The notes under the pieces are model-generated. The model was given only the letters and a program-made list of their open reading frames with translations. It was not told the origin of the DNA and searched no databases. A stretch of 64,000 nt of DNA. Origin: Haliotis cracherodii. Taxonomy: Eukaryota. The stretch is from contig NW_027266286.1 of the NCBI RefSeq assembly GCF_022045235.1, positions 40,052,001 through 40,116,000 on the forward strand, given 5' to 3'. Made by a program: the position numbers and the translations under genes. This document shows, in pieces, positions 23,561 to 36,395 of this stretch (positions within the stretch are counted from its first letter, which is position 1; each line of letters begins with the position of its first letter).

Positions 23561-26164
23561 GTACATTGTTAGATAATGAATCACAATTATGTAGGTTTTA
23601 TATCACATATATATGTGTCTGGGGTAATTTTTTAATCTAACTGCATGTTTGAAGTGAGGTGAAATGTGTGTTATGTCATCTGCACGTGGCAGCCCAGCAA
23701 GAGGAGTGATCAGTTGATTTACTTTTTTCTAAATCAACTGATCATTCCTTGCCATCAAAGAATCAACAGAAAATATGTTGATTGGTTAATCACTGTTATC
23801 TTACAGTTTGATTTGTCAAAAGTAAGTGTTTACATGTGTAGGTTTACTACAGCAGATGGAATATACTCACATCATGGCGTGAAGTGCCAATGTAAGAACA
23901 ACATACTTTGTTCAAAGGATAAACCGATTATACGTTGAGTGATAGCTCATTGTCACGTGGGCTTTCTAGAGCTGACCTTTGAGACTTTAAACACCTAAAC
24001 ACCTGAAACTTAGTGATCAGTTGAGAAACGAAAACGGGTCATATTATCCTGAAATGCTGTATATATTCTAAAATATTTGATTGTTACAAAGACACGAGAC
24101 AAGTTTCTGTGTACAGCTGCAGATGTATGGGATATTGTGCCTTTATGTGGATATTCACGGATACATTCCTCGAACAAGATAACTGCCTGATATTATACAT
24201 ATTACTTTGGTAGGTTGTAGTTATGATATTTGCATTTTGTTTTCATTCATTTGCTGTAGCATTGAACAGATTTATTCTTGTTCCTCTACTTTTTCGTCGG
24301 GAATTTCTTCAATGCGGGACAGACGTTTTCACAAGCCTTTTCGTTTGTAGGCATGCATATTTTATAGTTAATGTATAAAATGTGATTCACTCAGCAATTT
24401 ATAAAATGTCTGATATTTCAGTAATTTACAAATTGACTGAAATATCTGTCCATTTATTTAACAGATTGACTAACTATTATTACGAGGTTCAAAAGGGCTT
24501 AAAACATCACAATAGACTAATTATGCTAGGATTAGAAGCCAAAACTATAGAAATGTACTTTGACTTGTGTTTTCTTTTAATCCTATCACTAGGTGATGAA
24601 ATTAAAACATAAAAAATGTTTGGAATTCGTTATCATAACATCATAAATAGACAGATTTTTCAGTCAAATTGTAAAATAACTGAACATTTAGGTGTTTAAT
24701 AAATTGCCTTATTGAAAGTTTTACACATTTTGACTATATAATATACACATGATAAAATGAGCAATGCTCAGGTGAAATATTTACTTTGTGTTGCAAGTCA
24801 AAATAGTGTACGAAAATCGCACAATACCAAGCAAGTGACTTCAAAACTTGTATTTCATTTTGTTGACCAATATGACCATATGCCCTAATACCATAAATGA
24901 AAGCGGCTATGTGCTTACGAATGGCGCAGTACAGGTCGTGAACTAGTCTAGATTTCTGCTCTATCATCTGGGTACTCACAGGGAACAAAGGCATCAACCA
25001 GTCCCGGGAAATTGCTGTATATCAGTGCCCCTTTAATATTAACAAAAATATTTTTAGCAAAGAATATTACTTTATTAGTGAATTATTGTTTGTAATGTAA
25101 ACTTTATTGATAGATATGCACTTTTTATGATCTTTTTGACGCTTTGTTTGAACAGATGTGTATTTTGCAAATGTAACTATTTTATCGTGCATGATTTTCA
25201 CAAATTCATGTCAAAAACTTTAATAACTTAAATTTAAAATTATTTCCTTTATTTGCACGTCCATTCAAATACAAAACTTAGTACAAATAATTATTGAAAT
25301 AATTATTTTACCTTTTGTTATTATCAATACATGTTTATAGCAATATGGAATTGTTTGAAATTAATCTAAAGCTCAAAGAATTATCTGTAAATACTGTAAA
25401 TATATTAAGGCCACATTGTTTAATCCTCTAGTGCTTTGTTAAAACATGGAGTTAGATATCTTCTGATCTATTGTATCTATTGCGCCATGCTTAATAGCAT
25501 AACAAACTAATTATTGTTAATGATTTATTATTTATTGCTTGTGCCATGTTGATTTTATCTTGAATAAATGTTTGAAGATTTCACCACGTCTCCTTCCTAG
25601 TTTGCAGGTGGCTACATTCCTGCACTTATAACTACACACTTGCTGGAGGCAAGTTTGTGCACCATGTACACTCAGTACTTCATGTAACATACAAACACTT
25701 CTGTATGCAATAGTCAAATTTGAAATACAAATCTACAAGCATACTGTTACATTCAACATGCACACTGTCAAACATAACATTGATAGTAATACAACCAAGT
25801 ACTTCACAATCACCTTGCCAACAATGAGTATTGTTTCAGGTTTTAACAACAGTAGACTCAGACCACAGATCAAGGAGCTCCCCACCTAAAATAAACTGAA
25901 TATATTCTTCCCAGTTTCTACCAACTATTGAAATTAGAATGAGCTGCTTCTCTTAATTCTAAACATTTTGGTACCATGGCTGTTTTAGAAGTGCAAGGCA
26001 TAGCTGTTCCCCAAAACAACAATGATAATGATGATGATACTTACTGCTGTAAGTTAAAATAGCAGTTTTGGGGCCACACAGTACTGACAGAATTAAGTGA
26101 TTGATCCATTAGCATTAATCCTTATTTCCAATGGCATACATTCGGCACGGGTGGATCCAGGGAG

Positions 26165-27350
26165 CAGATCTTGGGGTGCAGATCCAGATGGGGATGTTAG
26201 GGTGCAGAACCAGATGGGGGATGTTGGGGTGCAGAACCAGATGGGGGTTGTTGGGGTGCAGATCCAGATGGGGAATGTTCGGGTGCAGAACCAGATGGGG
26301 GGCTGTTGGGGTGCAGATCCAGATGGGGAATGTTGGGGTGCAGATCCAGATGGGGAATGTTCGGGTGCAGAACCAGATGGGGAATATTGGGGTGCAGAAC
26401 CAGATGGGAAATATTGGGGTGCAGATCCAATGGGGGATGTTGGGGTGCAGAACCAGATGGGGAATATTGGGGTGCAGAACCAGATGGGGGATGTTGGGGT
26501 GCAGAACCAGATGGGGGATGTTGGGGTGCAGAACCAGATGGGGAATATTGGGGTGCAGAACCAGATGGGAAATATTGGGGTGCAGATCCAGTGGGGGATG
26601 TTGGGGTGCAGATCCATTGGGGGATGTTGGGGTGCAGAACCAGATGGGGGGATGTTGGGGTGCAAATCCAGATGGGGAATGTTTGGGTGCAGAACCGGAT
26701 GGGGAATATTGGGGTGCAGAACCAGATGGGAAATATTGGGGTGCAGATCCAGTGGGGGATGTTGGGGTGCAGATCCATTGGGGGATGTTGGGGTGCAGAA
26801 CCAGATGGGGGTGTTTGGGTGCAGAACCAGATGGGGATGTTGGGGTGCAGATCCAGAGGGGGATGTTGGGGTGCAGAACCAGTGGGGGATGTTGGGGTGC
26901 AGAACCAGATGGGGGATGTTGGGGTGCAGAACCAGATGGGGGATGTTGGGGTGCAGAACCAGATGGGGAATATTGGGGTGCAGAACCAGATGGGAAATAT
27001 TGGGGTGCAGATCCAGTGGGGGATGTTAGGGTGCAGATCCAGTGGGGGATGTTGGGGTGCAGAACCAGATGGGGAATATTGGGGTGCAGAACCAGATGGG
27101 AAATATTGGGGTGCAGATCCAGTGGGGGATGTTGGGGTGCAGAACCAGATTGGGGTGTTTGGGTGCAGAACCAGATGGGGATGTTGGGGTGCAAATCCAG
27201 AGGGGGATGTTGGGGTGCAGATCCAGATGGGGAATGTTGGGGTGTGGAACCAGATGTAGAACCAGATGGTGGATGTTAGGTGGGATGCAGATCCACAAGG
27301 GGGAAGTTGGGGTGCAGATCCAGTGGGAGATACGGATCCAGAGGGGACAT
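26165..27350. repeat. 26/27-bp G-rich minisatellite, about 44 copies
   Basis: Unit GGGGTGCAGAACCAGATGGGGGATGTT; it explains the repetitive ORFs in all frames. Confidence 0.93.
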
Positions 27351-27668
27351 GTGGGGTGCGTATCCCCCCTTTTCTGAAGAGTCAAAGTTTATGTATTAAG
27401 AAAAGATAGATACTGAGTGCCTCGCTCCCACACATGTAAAGCTATCGGGTGTTTTTGCTCGCAAATGACTTGGGTAGAGTGTGCATCCCCTCTTTTGTCA
27501 AAATTCTGGATTCAATTGTTTTGGAGAGTCAGCATGGACTGAATATGTCTGTAGTGCCCATTTCACGTTTCCTAGTGAATCAGATAGAATGTACAAGAAC
27601 ATCAAGATGATTGTCCCCTTGTATTCTGCAGCAGCAGGACAGCATATTACCTTACTTTCTGTCACTGG

Positions 27669-27822
27669 TACATATCATTGTCTAACATTTATAGTTCTCA
27701 GTCTAGTACATATCATTGTCTAACATTTATAGTTCTCAGTCTATTACATATCATTGTCTAACATTTATAGTTCTCAGTCTAGTACATATCATTGTCTTAC
27801 ATTTATAGTTCTCAGTTTGGTA
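27669..27822. repeat. 38-bp tandem repeat, 4 copies, in the PRDM4-like 3' UTR region
   Basis: TACATATCATTGTCTAACATTTATAGTTCTCAGTCTAG. Confidence 0.85.
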
Positions 27823-27909
27823 CACGGTGAAAGTGAGAAATATCCAGTACTTGAGTGGATCTCTCAGAATTCAACCAGTCATTGTCTTTCAGTGCACTGC
27901 AGCTGTGTG

Positions 27910-28415
27910 TCACCGGTCCTGCCTCTGATTACGGAGGCGTGCACATATACCAGTTGTGGTGTTCATGATGATGTTGTCATCACGCACGATATCGATCTCC
28001 ACCTGTGGGTCTTGGTCCAGTGTGCTGAACAGGTTCTCCTCACTCCCCCCGAGCCCTTGGGTCCCCCCCAACTTGGCATTCTTGCAGCTCTTCAGGTGCC
28101 GGGTCAGGTGGTACTTGGAGTAGAAGGACTTGCCGCACTCGGTGCAGGTGAAGTTGCGCTCCTTGTTGTGCACCAGCATGTGTTTCTTGTAGTTGGCTAG
28201 CCTGTAGAAGACCTTCACACACAGGGCACAGGGATAGCACTTCTCCTTAGTGTGCTTCAGCTCATGAGACTTCAGGTCGGAGGGGCGAGCTATCTTTGCT
28301 GAGCAGAATCGACACTGCAGTCCCTCTCCACCTGTGTGGATAATCATATGAGACTGAAGATGGGCCTTCTGACGAAATGACTTGCTGCAGATGTCGCAAG
28401 TAAACTTCCGTTCAC
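27910..28415 (-). CDS. PRDM4: PRDM4-like terminal exon: zinc fingers 4-7
   Basis: Phase-1 acceptor; FRQKAHLQSHMIIHTG and YSKYHLTRHLKSCK closely resemble my recollection of the PRDM4 C-terminal fingers, including the terminal C2HC finger. Confidence 0.85.
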
Positions 28416-29171
28416 CTAAAACAAATATGACATTTATTCATTTTTAATGTTTTTTATGTTTTACTTGAAAGGAAAAAAGAATCCCAAAGTTCTATCTGTC
28501 ATTTTAAAACAGGGAAACATGAAATGGTCAAGAAAAGAGGTCACCAAAAGAGGACCTGAAGTATCTGGATATGACCAGGGTCATGTTACTGCGAAATCTG
28601 ATGTCCTTGCTGTTCAAGAGTAAATGTTACCAGCAATACATGTCTTGTTATCAAACTTGACACAAATAAACAACTCTCCCTGAAACCAGTTGATCCTTTA
28701 TATACTACATACTGTCGGCTGACATTACCTCATCCATCCTCAACATTGGGCAGTCCGTATTGTGTATATATATACATCATGTGTACAATGAACATCTTGC
28801 AGGCATAACTCCCGTGTATTCTATGTATGGCTTAGTTCCCTATAGATTTAACTGTCCTAAAGTAAACTTAGAACTAAACGTGCAGGGCAGACTTCTCATA
28901 GAGGTATTTATTGTCACTGTTAGAATGAGCTGCAGTACCAGAATCCCATATGCCCTACTTTGTTGCAGCTGGATTTCCAACTAACAGTTAATCTGTACAA
29001 ATTCATTGGCTTGAATTTCTCTTTTTGGTTTGACAAACATCCCAGAACTATGTGAAAAGCTGTCAATCCCTCATTTAATTATTGGCAACGTTTGGTGAAA
29101 ATTCAAGCGAAAATTCCAAACTTTTATTTGTATCCAGAAGTATTTTCTAAACCGACTCCATCCCTCCCTAC

Positions 29172-29465
29172 CTGTATGTATGTTCTGGTGCTGGCGGAGA
29201 TTGCTCTGGTCGGAGAACTTCTTGCCACAGTGTGGGCAGGAGAAGGGCTTCAGCCTCATGTGCAGGGCCACCATGTGGGTCTTCAGCTTGGTGGTGGAGG
29301 TGAAGCGTCTGTTACACATCTGACACGGCCAGCGCCGCGAGCTGGAGTTGGGGTGGTCCGTCTTCATGTGTCTACTGAGGCTCTTCCAGTCACTGAACAC
29401 TTTACTGCACACATGGCAGTAGGGACAGTTGGAGGGCCAGAGCTGGCTGGGTTTAGCTGGCAGAC
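29172..29465 (-). CDS. PRDM4: PRDM4-like exon: zinc fingers 1-3
   Basis: gtacag / gtaggg, phase 1 to 1; CHVC..H, CQMC..H, CPHCGKKFSDQSNLRQHQNIHTG. Confidence 0.88.
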
Positions 29466-29884
29466 CTGTACATGATGCAGTAAACTGGGGTGAGCATGGG
29501 GGATAGCTCCTGCTTCAATAATATTATATATTAACAGCTAAAATAGTATTGTAAAACTATTGCAATAGTACTGTGAGGCTATGGTGAGTTTGTTTTTCTT
29601 CCCATAATGTGTACTTCCTCTGTGCAGTATTGTGTCCCTACGTTCTTCATACGAGGGTGGAGTCATATGTTCTGAGCCCCACATATGTAGCGGCCATAAA
29701 ATTCCCGCGATGGGATTCGAACTACGGACCTTCTGATCACAGATCGAACACCTTGTCCACATGACCGAAGAAGTTAACTCCGTCAGCAAGCAGACAAGGT
29801 AAGGATGTCATCTGTGGGATGACTCCACGCCCTGCTCCATATGGAAGGAAGTAGGTAATCGGGAAATATTTTGTGGTGGACATT

Positions 29885-30330
29885 ACAATCAATCTTTATT
29901 CATAAAGCAGTGGATGCCATAGGCCCATGCTGCAGTTACATCATTGCTTGAGAGAGTAACAGCATATACATTGGTACATTCATATACATTGTTCACCCAA
30001 GTGTCTTAGTTGCACTGATTGATTTACAAAAGTTGCAAGATTTGTAACAGTTTCTGGGGTATTTTTTAAGACATTAGTAACTTAAATTTAAATAATGTTG
30101 GATATAAGTAGAATTCTGGGGGTATATACACGCTCCTGAGATTGTCATAAGCATAAGTCGCATTGTGACAATGCCCCCAACCGCTTCAAAATTATAACAT
30201 ACATAAGTTTCCTAAATTTAAGTAAAGTAGTCATACAATATTTCTCCATGATATCCACATAAATTTGAGCTACAACACTTTTAATTGCTTTTATCTAAAA
30301 CCGGAAGTTGTGATTTCATGTGTTGGACAA
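29885..30330 (-). mobile_element. LINE 3' end relic (CR1/RTEX-like)
   Basis: Degenerate YDNLRSVYIP..YPTLFKFKLLMS C-terminus, then AATAAA and an (ATTG) tail. Confidence 0.5.
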
Positions 30331-30499
30331 TATAGAATATCTTCATAAGAAAGGATTTCAATTCAAAACCTACAGAATCAATAAGCAGTCCAGGCATGAA
30401 ACAATATCCCTCCCTGAAATTTAAAAGTATTTTAGTGTATTGGTGGAACATTTTCAAGTCAAGTAAGTAAAGTTATGCTTCATGAGTTTACAAAGCTGC

Positions 30500-31290
30500 T
30501 ACATCTGCTTCATCTTCCCCCTCCACAGAAAGTTCCTAAGTGTGCCTGGAGGTTGGTTTACTACAACAACCAATACAGATGTCTCTGATGTGTAACCATA
30601 ACTGCCATTAGCTCCAGAGATGTTGGCCAATGAAGCTGTGTGTAACTCAGATCGCTCTTACCCAGCATTGCATCCGTGATCAGATACCTTGTGCAGGAAT
30701 GAATGAGAAGGGAGACAGTCATATCAGTGTATTTCCTCATCTTGGAGTTGGGTTTTTGTGAGGCATAGCACTGACATTGTATTGGTGAATTCTTCAGTCA
30801 GGAGGTGATTGTAATGTGTATAGAGATTAGACATTAGACACTGAGATGTCCAATCAGAAGTGAATCTTATGGGATGCTCAGCAGGGAACACTTCCAAGAG
30901 AACAAACCATCCTCTTTCAGTCACTCCATTTCCTTAAGAGCATCCTTACTGACTTTATATTCTGAGGATCAAAGCCAACTAGATGCAGCCCTTGTCTTGA
31001 GGTAACCCTACTAAGCATTGTGCACACAAGTCCCTGCATAATAATATTGGTGTGTGTTTTTCTGTTGTCAAATCACCAACCATAGAACTGTATATGCTGC
31101 CTTGTGACTTGTGAACAGTAACAGCCCGTGCAAGAACACCAGGATACTGTTTTCTTTCCACTGCAACAAACTTTCTTTTGGCAATGAAGCATTTGACTGT
31201 AACAGCCTGTATAGGAGTTGCTTCCTTCAGGTGTGGAGGATTTCCTCTTCTAGCTTGCAATTCTTCATTTACATTGTCTGAATGAAACAT
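30500..31290 (-). mobile_element. Helitron/Helentron relic (PIF1 helicase C-terminus plus endonuclease-like remnant)
   Basis: ERKQYPGVLARAVTVHKSQGS helicase motif; downstream LCLTKTQL resembles the APE motif LCLTET. Confidence 0.6.
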
Positions 31291-31789
31291 ACCCCCTGGT
31301 TCTTGAGATATTGCACAAAAAAGGATTGCAAAGTCTAAATCTTGAAATTCTCGCAATGACCTTGAAAATAACCTCATGGTCACCGAAATCGACTTGTGTC
31401 TGGACATCCTCCATATACACCTTGGTGCAAAATATGAATGAAATGTAACTGCTGGTTCTTGAGATATTGCGCCTACACTTTTTTCGGACGTACGAATGTA
31501 CTGATGGTCGTGAATACTATACAAAAATGGTATTCATCCTTTATGTATCTTTGTTTGCATACATGACATATTGACATGAAATTTGAAGATAAAAAAACAA
31601 ATCAGATGACAATAAAACCGACCGCCCAAACGCATCAAGGCAACGGCCATGGTAACCTGATGCACTTGAGTTCCATGCAAATTGAAATGCACATGCGTTC
31701 CCCCATTTCTTGCCCTATAAAAATCCTTCCAGATCGGATAACATTCATTCGTCATTGAATTGCTACCACATGCCAAGACTGACAAGAAA

Positions 31790-32760
31790 TCAGCGACACC
31801 AAGCTCGATGCGTTTCAAGTCAACGTAATGACCATATACAGGCTCCAGCAATGGTATCAGACCGCCAGCACTGCACATGAAGTGGAAGACCAAGGGTACC
31901 ACCCGACGTGAGGATCGTCAGATTGTGTGACAGCATCTTCAAGATCGCTTAGTTACTGCTGCGGAGACTGCTCTACAGACCATGGGGACACACCAGCGAC
32001 ACATTAGTGCAGACACTGTGCGTCGATGATTGATGAGCAGACACGTCCACTGTCACAGGCCACAGGACCGTCTTCGGTTGGCAACACAGCACCAGCATTG
32101 GCGCCACCAGCAGTGGAGAAAAGTCCTCTTCTCACACGAGAGCCGTTACTGTATCTCAACAGCAGATAGCAGAGAAAGGGTCTGGCGACGCCATGGAGAC
32201 GTTATTCACATGCTTGTGTTGTTCAGAGAGACTCGTGGAGTGGTCCAAGCATCATGGTGTGGGGTGGAATTGGTCTTGCACAGAGGGTCGGCCCTGTGGT
32301 CTTCCAGAACATCGGTCGAGGGAGAGGCAATGGTGTCACAGCAGCTTGGTACATTGATCAAGTCTTGAGACCACACGCCATACCTCATTTGGAATGCCGA
32401 AACCATGAGTTTCGGCATGATAACACCCGTGTCCACACTGAGAGAGCAACAAGAGACCTGCTCCAGCAGAATGGCATCAGAACTATGCAGTGGCCTAGCT
32501 GCCCTCAGTCCCGATTTAAATCCCATTGAGCACCTGCAGGACGAGATTCAAAGACGGCTGAATGACGTCCGACCAATGGCCGACAACTGTAAGTGAAGTG
32601 CGTCAGGCGTTCCTCAGAGTGTGGGCTCAAGTGCCTATCGCCTTCATCAACCGCCTCATCCATTCCATGTATCGACGTTGCACAGCAGTCGTCAATGCAC
32701 GTCGGAAACATTTCTCAGAGACCAGAGTTGTGTTTCACTTTAAGAATATTTGACACTTTA
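31790..32760 (+). mobile_element. Degenerate Tc1-family transposase
   Basis: WRKVLFSHESRY, RVWRR, MVWGGI, HDNTRVH and SPDLNPIEHL motifs, with frameshifts. Confidence 0.8.
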
Positions 32761-32959
32761 ATTTCAACCTCGATCAGTTTTGCCAAGTTTCATCTTTTTA
32801 ATAAAAAAAGTACTGCATGCCAAAATTGCTTGTAGGATGATTTCATTCAATATACAAACTCAGATTTTAAACTAGATATGTTACATACATGTCCTTGTTT
32901 CCACAGACATATCAAAACCAAATATTCAGATTGGAACAGTTTCTAGATGAGTGTCATAT

Positions 32960-33480
32960 AAATACCATTTTTCAGGTTTGGATAGTATACCACCATTTTT
33001 AAAAACAATTTTCGATTTTTCTTAATTTACAGATAACTGGTGACTTTCACAGAAACATTCCAAAAACATTAACACATTTTTGTAAACCATATGCAGAATC
33101 TGCGAGAAGCACAAATAATAATAGAAATAGTTGCATAATATCTGGATGCATTTGTATCCCATGTTCACAGTTTGATTCGATTTGTATGGCTGACTCATTA
33201 ATAAACATGGAAAATAATAGTGGACTTAACACACATCCTTGTCTTACCCACAATGGACAATCAAAATCTTGTGACAGATAATTGTATTCCCCCCTTTACA
33301 CACTTACAGATGGATGTGACAGCATTTAGCATTTTCGGCGAAACACCTCTATGTTTCAGTACAAACCACAGTTTTGATCTATCAAGTCAGATCAAAAGCT
33401 TTTCTGAAATCAACAAATATGGCATAAAGCTTACCTTTCTTTCTTGATAAATGACACTGAATAATGGCTTGGGGGATCAA
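32960..33480 (-). mobile_element. LINE reverse transcriptase fragment
   Basis: VRQGCVLSPLLFSMFINE..LLLF..VLLADS..GLQ. Confidence 0.75.
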
Positions 33481-33539
33481 CATGTTCATTACATTACAAG
33501 AACTGGAGAGGTATATTCACAAAAAACTTGCTGTGATCA

Positions 33540-34849
33540 AGTACATCAACTTGTAGAAAATGGGCTTTGACACCAAAAGCCTTCCATGAAGTTCAAAACT
33601 TGGGAAGGACTCTCCTTCCTATGGCAAAGTGATGAGGTGGGTAGCAGAGTGGCAGAGAGAGCCTTAAAGACAATCCGTCCTGGGTGGCCTCTCACATCAC
33701 TGACATAAGTAACACCAGAAATGATCCAGAGAATTCATCACATGGTGATAACCAACCAGGACATGACTGAGCATTATGTTGCTATTTCATCGGGCATTTC
33801 CCAAGAGAGAGTAAATTCCATTTTCAACTTTGGCAATGAAGAAAGCACCAGCTCATTGTGTCCAAAGCTTCCGTTTGTTTGTTGTTGTTTAACGCTGCTC
33901 TCAGCAATATTCCACCTAAGTGATGGCGGTCTGTAAATAATCGAGTCTGGACCAGAGAATCCAGAGATTGAGTATCATGAGTATCGATCTCTGCAATTGG
34001 GATTGATGACATGCATCAACCATGTCAGCGAGCCTAACCACCTGATCCTGTTAGTTGCCTCTTACGACAAGCATAGTCACCTTTTAAGTCAAGCATTGGT
34101 TCCTGAAGACCCATTCTACCCTGGATCTTCATGAGTTCCAAAGCCTCTGACATCTGATCACATAGGCACCACATGTCTTGTGACAATCTAGCTCTGTTTG
34201 GTGCTGATCAAGAAAGGTTCTTGCAAAGATTTGTGACTATGTAGGAAATGTGGGTTGACCACTTCCAGCTTGAGTTCAAACAAGAATCAACAGTGTAAGC
34301 ATCTGACATCACCATCACCAAGAAGGCAACTGTAAAGGTTATGGCCTTTGTGTTTTTGGATGCTGAAGGTGGACTATGTTCGAAAAGACCAGAGAATAAA
34401 TGGAGCATATTATGCTGCACTTTTGAGGCAATTAAATAATGAAATTAAGACAAAAATAGGCTGAGTAAAGGTGTGCCCTTCCACCAGGACAATGCACAAG
34501 TGCACAAATCAGTCTTTGCCATGGCCACAATCCATGAGTGTGGCTTTGAACTCATTAAGCACCATCTTGTTTTCCTCATATGGCTCTGTCAGACTTCCAA
34601 CTCTTCCCAAACATGACGAAATTTCCAGCCGGAACCATTTTGACTTGAACTATGATGTCATAGCAGCTGTGGAGAACTTAAGGAGCACTTCTATTAACGA
34701 GCACTTCTATGAAACTGGGAAAAATTCCCTTCAATATCGTTGTCAAATGTGTCAAATGAAAGGAGCTTATGTTGAAAAATAAATCATTTTCATGTCCTTA
34801 GGTCAAGTGTTTCTATGTGAGGCTAAGAACATATCAATCAAACCTGGTA
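33540..34849 (+). mobile_element. Degenerate mariner transposon interrupted by a SINE
   Basis: Remnants VPKL, KVMAFVFLDAEG, HQDNA, and a terminal KGAYVEK-stop; terminus-like GAGGCTAAGAACATATCAATCAAACCTGGTA. Confidence 0.75.
33873..34136 (-). mobile_element. SINE-like family B with TSD
   Basis: Homologous to 56324-56588; flanked by a TCCAAAGC(T/C)TC duplication; (AAAC)n tail. Confidence 0.85.
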
Positions 34850-34905
34850 CTCAATTATTATTTTCATGACATTACGCTTCACTGTGCTCAAGCATGATCA
34901 CTAAC

Positions 34906-35116
34906 CTAAGAGTTTTGCGTAGTCTTTAGCAAACCAGAAGAGCATCTCAGACCCAGCCTCCATATCCTTGTTAGTTATGAAGAACAGTTCCGCCCCTCGC
35001 TGGTAGACCACTACATTCTGATCTTGCAGTGTTGGTGCCGGCTTTACGTACATCAGCCAGTTACACTCAGCTTCATCGCTTACATCAACCACACTGTGAT
35101 GGTCACAGTAGAATAT
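34906..35116 (-). CDS. PRDM4: PRDM4-like exon: PR/SET domain C-terminal half
   Basis: tttcag / gttagt, phase 0 to 1; CNWLMYVKPA..QNVVVYQ..LFFITNKDMEAGSEMLFWFAKDYA. Confidence 0.9.
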
Positions 35117-35239
35117 CTGAAATAGACAACACCATTATACATCAGCCAGTGACACGCTCATCACTTTCTTCAATCACACTGTCTCCCACCCATATATTGC
35201 ATAAACATTTGTAAGACATGAATCTTTCTCGACAATGCT

Positions 35240-36260
35240 TTTATAAGCCATGTGTCTGTAAGCTCTGGGTCTTTAAGCCATTCATCTCTCTCTTAGCCAT
35301 GCGTCTATAAGCCATGCAACTGTCTTTAAGCCATGAATCTGTAAGCCATGCGTCTATAAGCCATGCGACTGTCAGTATGTCTTGAGACTGTAAACCATGC
35401 CACTGTATTTAAGCCATGAATCTGTAAGCCATGCAGCTATAAGCCATGCAACTGTATTTAAGCCATGAATCTGTAAGCCATGCAGCTATAAGCCATGCAT
35501 CTGTATTTAAGCCATGAATCTGTAAGCCATGCGGTTATAAGCCATGCGACTGTATTTAAGCCATGAATCTGTAAGCCATGCGGTTATAAGCCATGCAACT
35601 GTATTTAAGCCATGAATCTGTAAGCCATGCGGTTATAAGCCATGCAACTGTATTTAAGCCATGAATCTGTAAGCCATGCGGTTATAAGCCATGCGACTGT
35701 ATTTAAGCCATGAATCTGTAAGCCATGCAGCTATAAGCCATGCAACTGTATTTAAGCCATGAATCTGTAAGCCATGTGGTTATAAGCCATGCAACTGTAT
35801 TTAAGCCATGCAGCTATAAGCCATGCAACTGTATTTAAGCCATGAATCTGTAAGCCATGCGGTTATAAGCCATGCGACTGTATTTAAGCCATGAATCTGT
35901 AAGCCATGCAGCTGTAAGCCATGCAACTGTATTTAAGCCATGAATCTGTAAGCCATGCAGCTATAAGCCATGCAACTGACGTTAAGCCATGAATCTGTAA
36001 GCCATGCAGTTATAAGCCATGCGACTTTCAGTATGTCTTGAGTCTGTAAGCCATGCGGGTATAAGCCATGCAACTGTCTTTAAGCCATGAGTCTCTAAGC
36101 CATGTCGTTATATGCCTTGTGACTGTAAGCCATGCGTCTTTATATAAGCCATGCGACTGTCAGTTTGTAACAAGTCTGTAATTTGTGCATATGTAAGCCA
36201 TGTGACAGTCTGTAAGCCTTGAGTCTGTCAACCGTGTCTGCAGCTCATGTATCTGTAAGC
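35240..36260. repeat. TAAGCCATG-based satellite with a 49-bp higher-order unit (15+15+19)
   Basis: Core GTATTTAAGCCATGAATCTGTAAGCCATGCGGTTATAAGCCATGCAACT; degenerate monomers on the flanks. Confidence 0.9.
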
Positions 36261-36288
36261 CGAACACATGCACCTGTAATCGACTCAC

Positions 36289-36395
36289 CTTCCAGGTGAA
36301 GCTGCTGGTGTAGGTGTAGGTGTCTTCAGAAACTATCTTCCCTACAAGGGGACCAAACTCTGTCTTCTTCAATATCTTCTCGTTGGCGAAAACAC
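36289..36395 (-). CDS. PRDM4: PRDM4-like exon: PR domain N-terminal half
   Basis: ttgcag / gtgagt, phase 1 to 0; GVFANEKILKKTEFGPLVG. Confidence 0.88.

Larger units (their letters stand above)
15607..25616 (+). mobile_element. Gypsy LTR retrotransposon, decayed, with nested insertions in the 3' LTR
   Basis: TG...CA ends; near-TSD TTCA/TTCC; PBS at 15822; PPT at about 21541-21550; gag (15881 onward), protease LWDTGAQVS (about 16805), RT (LRLCVDYRKLN), RNase H, then integrase (LHDNMGHLG, DQGREFEN) in Gypsy order; many stops and frameshifts. Confidence 0.9.
21551..25616 (+). repeat. 3' LTR region (long form, with inserted elements)
   Basis: Begins TGTAACAATATGATTAGA after the PPT and ends GCAGGTGGCTACA, like the 5' LTR. 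Confidence 0.7.

Noticed and set aside
26093-27385. Long Gly/Trp/Cys- or Pro-rich ORFs in all frames
   Set aside because: Artefacts of a stop-free 26/27-bp minisatellite.
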